A stretch of DNA of 64,000 nucleotides from assembly GCA_044892525.1 (NCBI GenBank), contig CM097886.1, positions 69,812,001 to 69,876,000 of the forward strand. Reading direction: 5' to 3'. The position numbers were made by a program, and so were the translations under genes. A model generated the notes under the pieces. The model worked only from the letters and a program-made list of their open reading frames with translations. It was not told the origin of the DNA and did not search any database. Origin of the DNA: Schmidtea polychroa (lineage: Eukaryota). This document shows, in pieces, positions 62,804 to 64,000 of the stretch. Every line of letters begins with the position of its first letter. Position 1 is the first letter of the stretch.

Positions 62804-63230
62804 ATATTTCCATATTTTAATAATTCCATATTTTAATATTTCCATATTTTAATAATTCCACATTTTAATATTTCCACATTTTAATATTTCCACATTTTAA
62901 TAATTCCAAGATTTCCATATTTTAATAATTTTAATATTTTCATATTTCCATATTTTCATATTTTAATATTTCCACATTTCTATATTTCACATTTCTATAT
63001 TTTCATACTTTCATATTTTAATATTTCCAAGATTTCCATATTTCACATTTTAATATTTTCATACTTTAATTATTTTAAAATAATTTCAATAATGTTGGGT
63101 ACCCAAATTTTATCGATACCCAATAATTCAATGATTCAATGATTCAATAATTCAATGATTCCACATTTCCACATTTCCACATTTCAATAATTTTAATAAT
63201 TTTAATAATTTAATATTTTTTAAATATTGT
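62804..63230. repeat. Degenerate AT-rich minisatellite (atatttccatattttaat / atttccac / tgattcaa units)
   Basis: Directly visible short tandem units. Confidence 0.9.
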
Positions 63231-63356
63231 TGGGTACCCAAGGAATAATATTTTAAATAATTTGGTAATTAGTAAATTCACTAACACCCAAGATTATAAA
63301 CTTGTCGAATTCTATATTATAAAAATAAATCAAAATTTTTTAAAAAATTGAAAAAA

Positions 63357-64000
63357 ATGGCTACTTCAGAAAAATTCCATATCCAAGATTATTTTTGTGA
63401 TTCATGTAATAGGAGTTTCAAATCAAAAACAGGATTAATTTCACACAAAAAATCAAAAGACCATTTAAAGAAATTAAATTTATTATATGATAACAACTCT
63501 AAAATTTGTTCCAAATGTAAAGCAAGATATTTATTATTAGGTTTTGATAAACATTTTAGAAATTGTATTGAAATAAAAAAAATAGGAGAAATATTTTCAT
63601 GTCTCAAATATCATGAAAAATTCAAAAGCAAATTTGAATTAAAAGAACACTCTAAAGAATGTGAAGATGAAAATGAAGATGAAGGTTGGGATGAATTTAA
63701 TCATGTTGAGTAATTTGGAGATGAAGAAATTGGAGCATGCACAATTTCTTCGTATATTAAAAAAATTCATTTGAAATAAAAGAATCAATGGAAAATGCTA
63801 TAAAAAGATTCAAGGGTACAAGGTTTAATGTTATAAAATATAAAATAGGAATAAATGCAAAATATTGTGGAGAGATTAATCAAGATTCTCACTCAAATCA
63901 AGGTTTGAGTTCAAATCAAGATTCTGACACAAACGAAAATTTTCTAAAATTTAGAATTCAAATTGATTACAAATATTTGTATTCAATGAAGGGATTTAAA
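63357..64000 (+). pseudogene. C2H2 zinc-finger ORF, degraded, possibly the N-terminal part of a Polinton/Maverick pPolB gene
   Basis: YFCDSCNRSFKSKTGLISHKKSKDH, plus further C/H clusters. Coding continues past TAA 63713 and an A-run frameshift (…ESMENAIKRFKG…KYKIGINAKY…) to the window end. Confidence 0.5.

Overview
Eukaryotic, very AT-rich genomic DNA with four assembly gaps (21294-21433, 32206-32358, 36054-36335, 44442-44756). It is probably from a free-living flatworm (triclad planarian); this is an inference from a flatworm TGR-type glutaredoxin N-terminus, 41-65 nt introns and the repeat complement. The window is dominated by a complete talin gene on the minus strand (ATG 60193 to TAA 19770). 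I reconstructed it by hand as 41 GT-AG coding exons with consistent phase, giving about 2,720-2,730 aa. A small 3-exon gene on the plus strand (1767-6523) would encode a 103-aa N/Q/M/P-rich protein with no acidic residues. A glutaredoxin-like (CPYC) sequence lies antisense inside talin intron 15. Introns and flanks hold relics and MITEs of hAT, pogo/Tigger, mariner, Tc1/IS630 (DD34E), piggyBac, Merlin, Helitron, a REL-type LINE, Penelope-like elements and a probable Polinton end. The main non-coding finding is an intact minimal type I hammerhead ribozyme (51096-51137) on the talin sense strand, inside one arm of a 76-bp inverted repeat in intron 12. A second hammerhead core (15787-15824) lies in the spacer of a ~1 kb inverted duplication. 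All homology calls come from motif recognition, not database searches.
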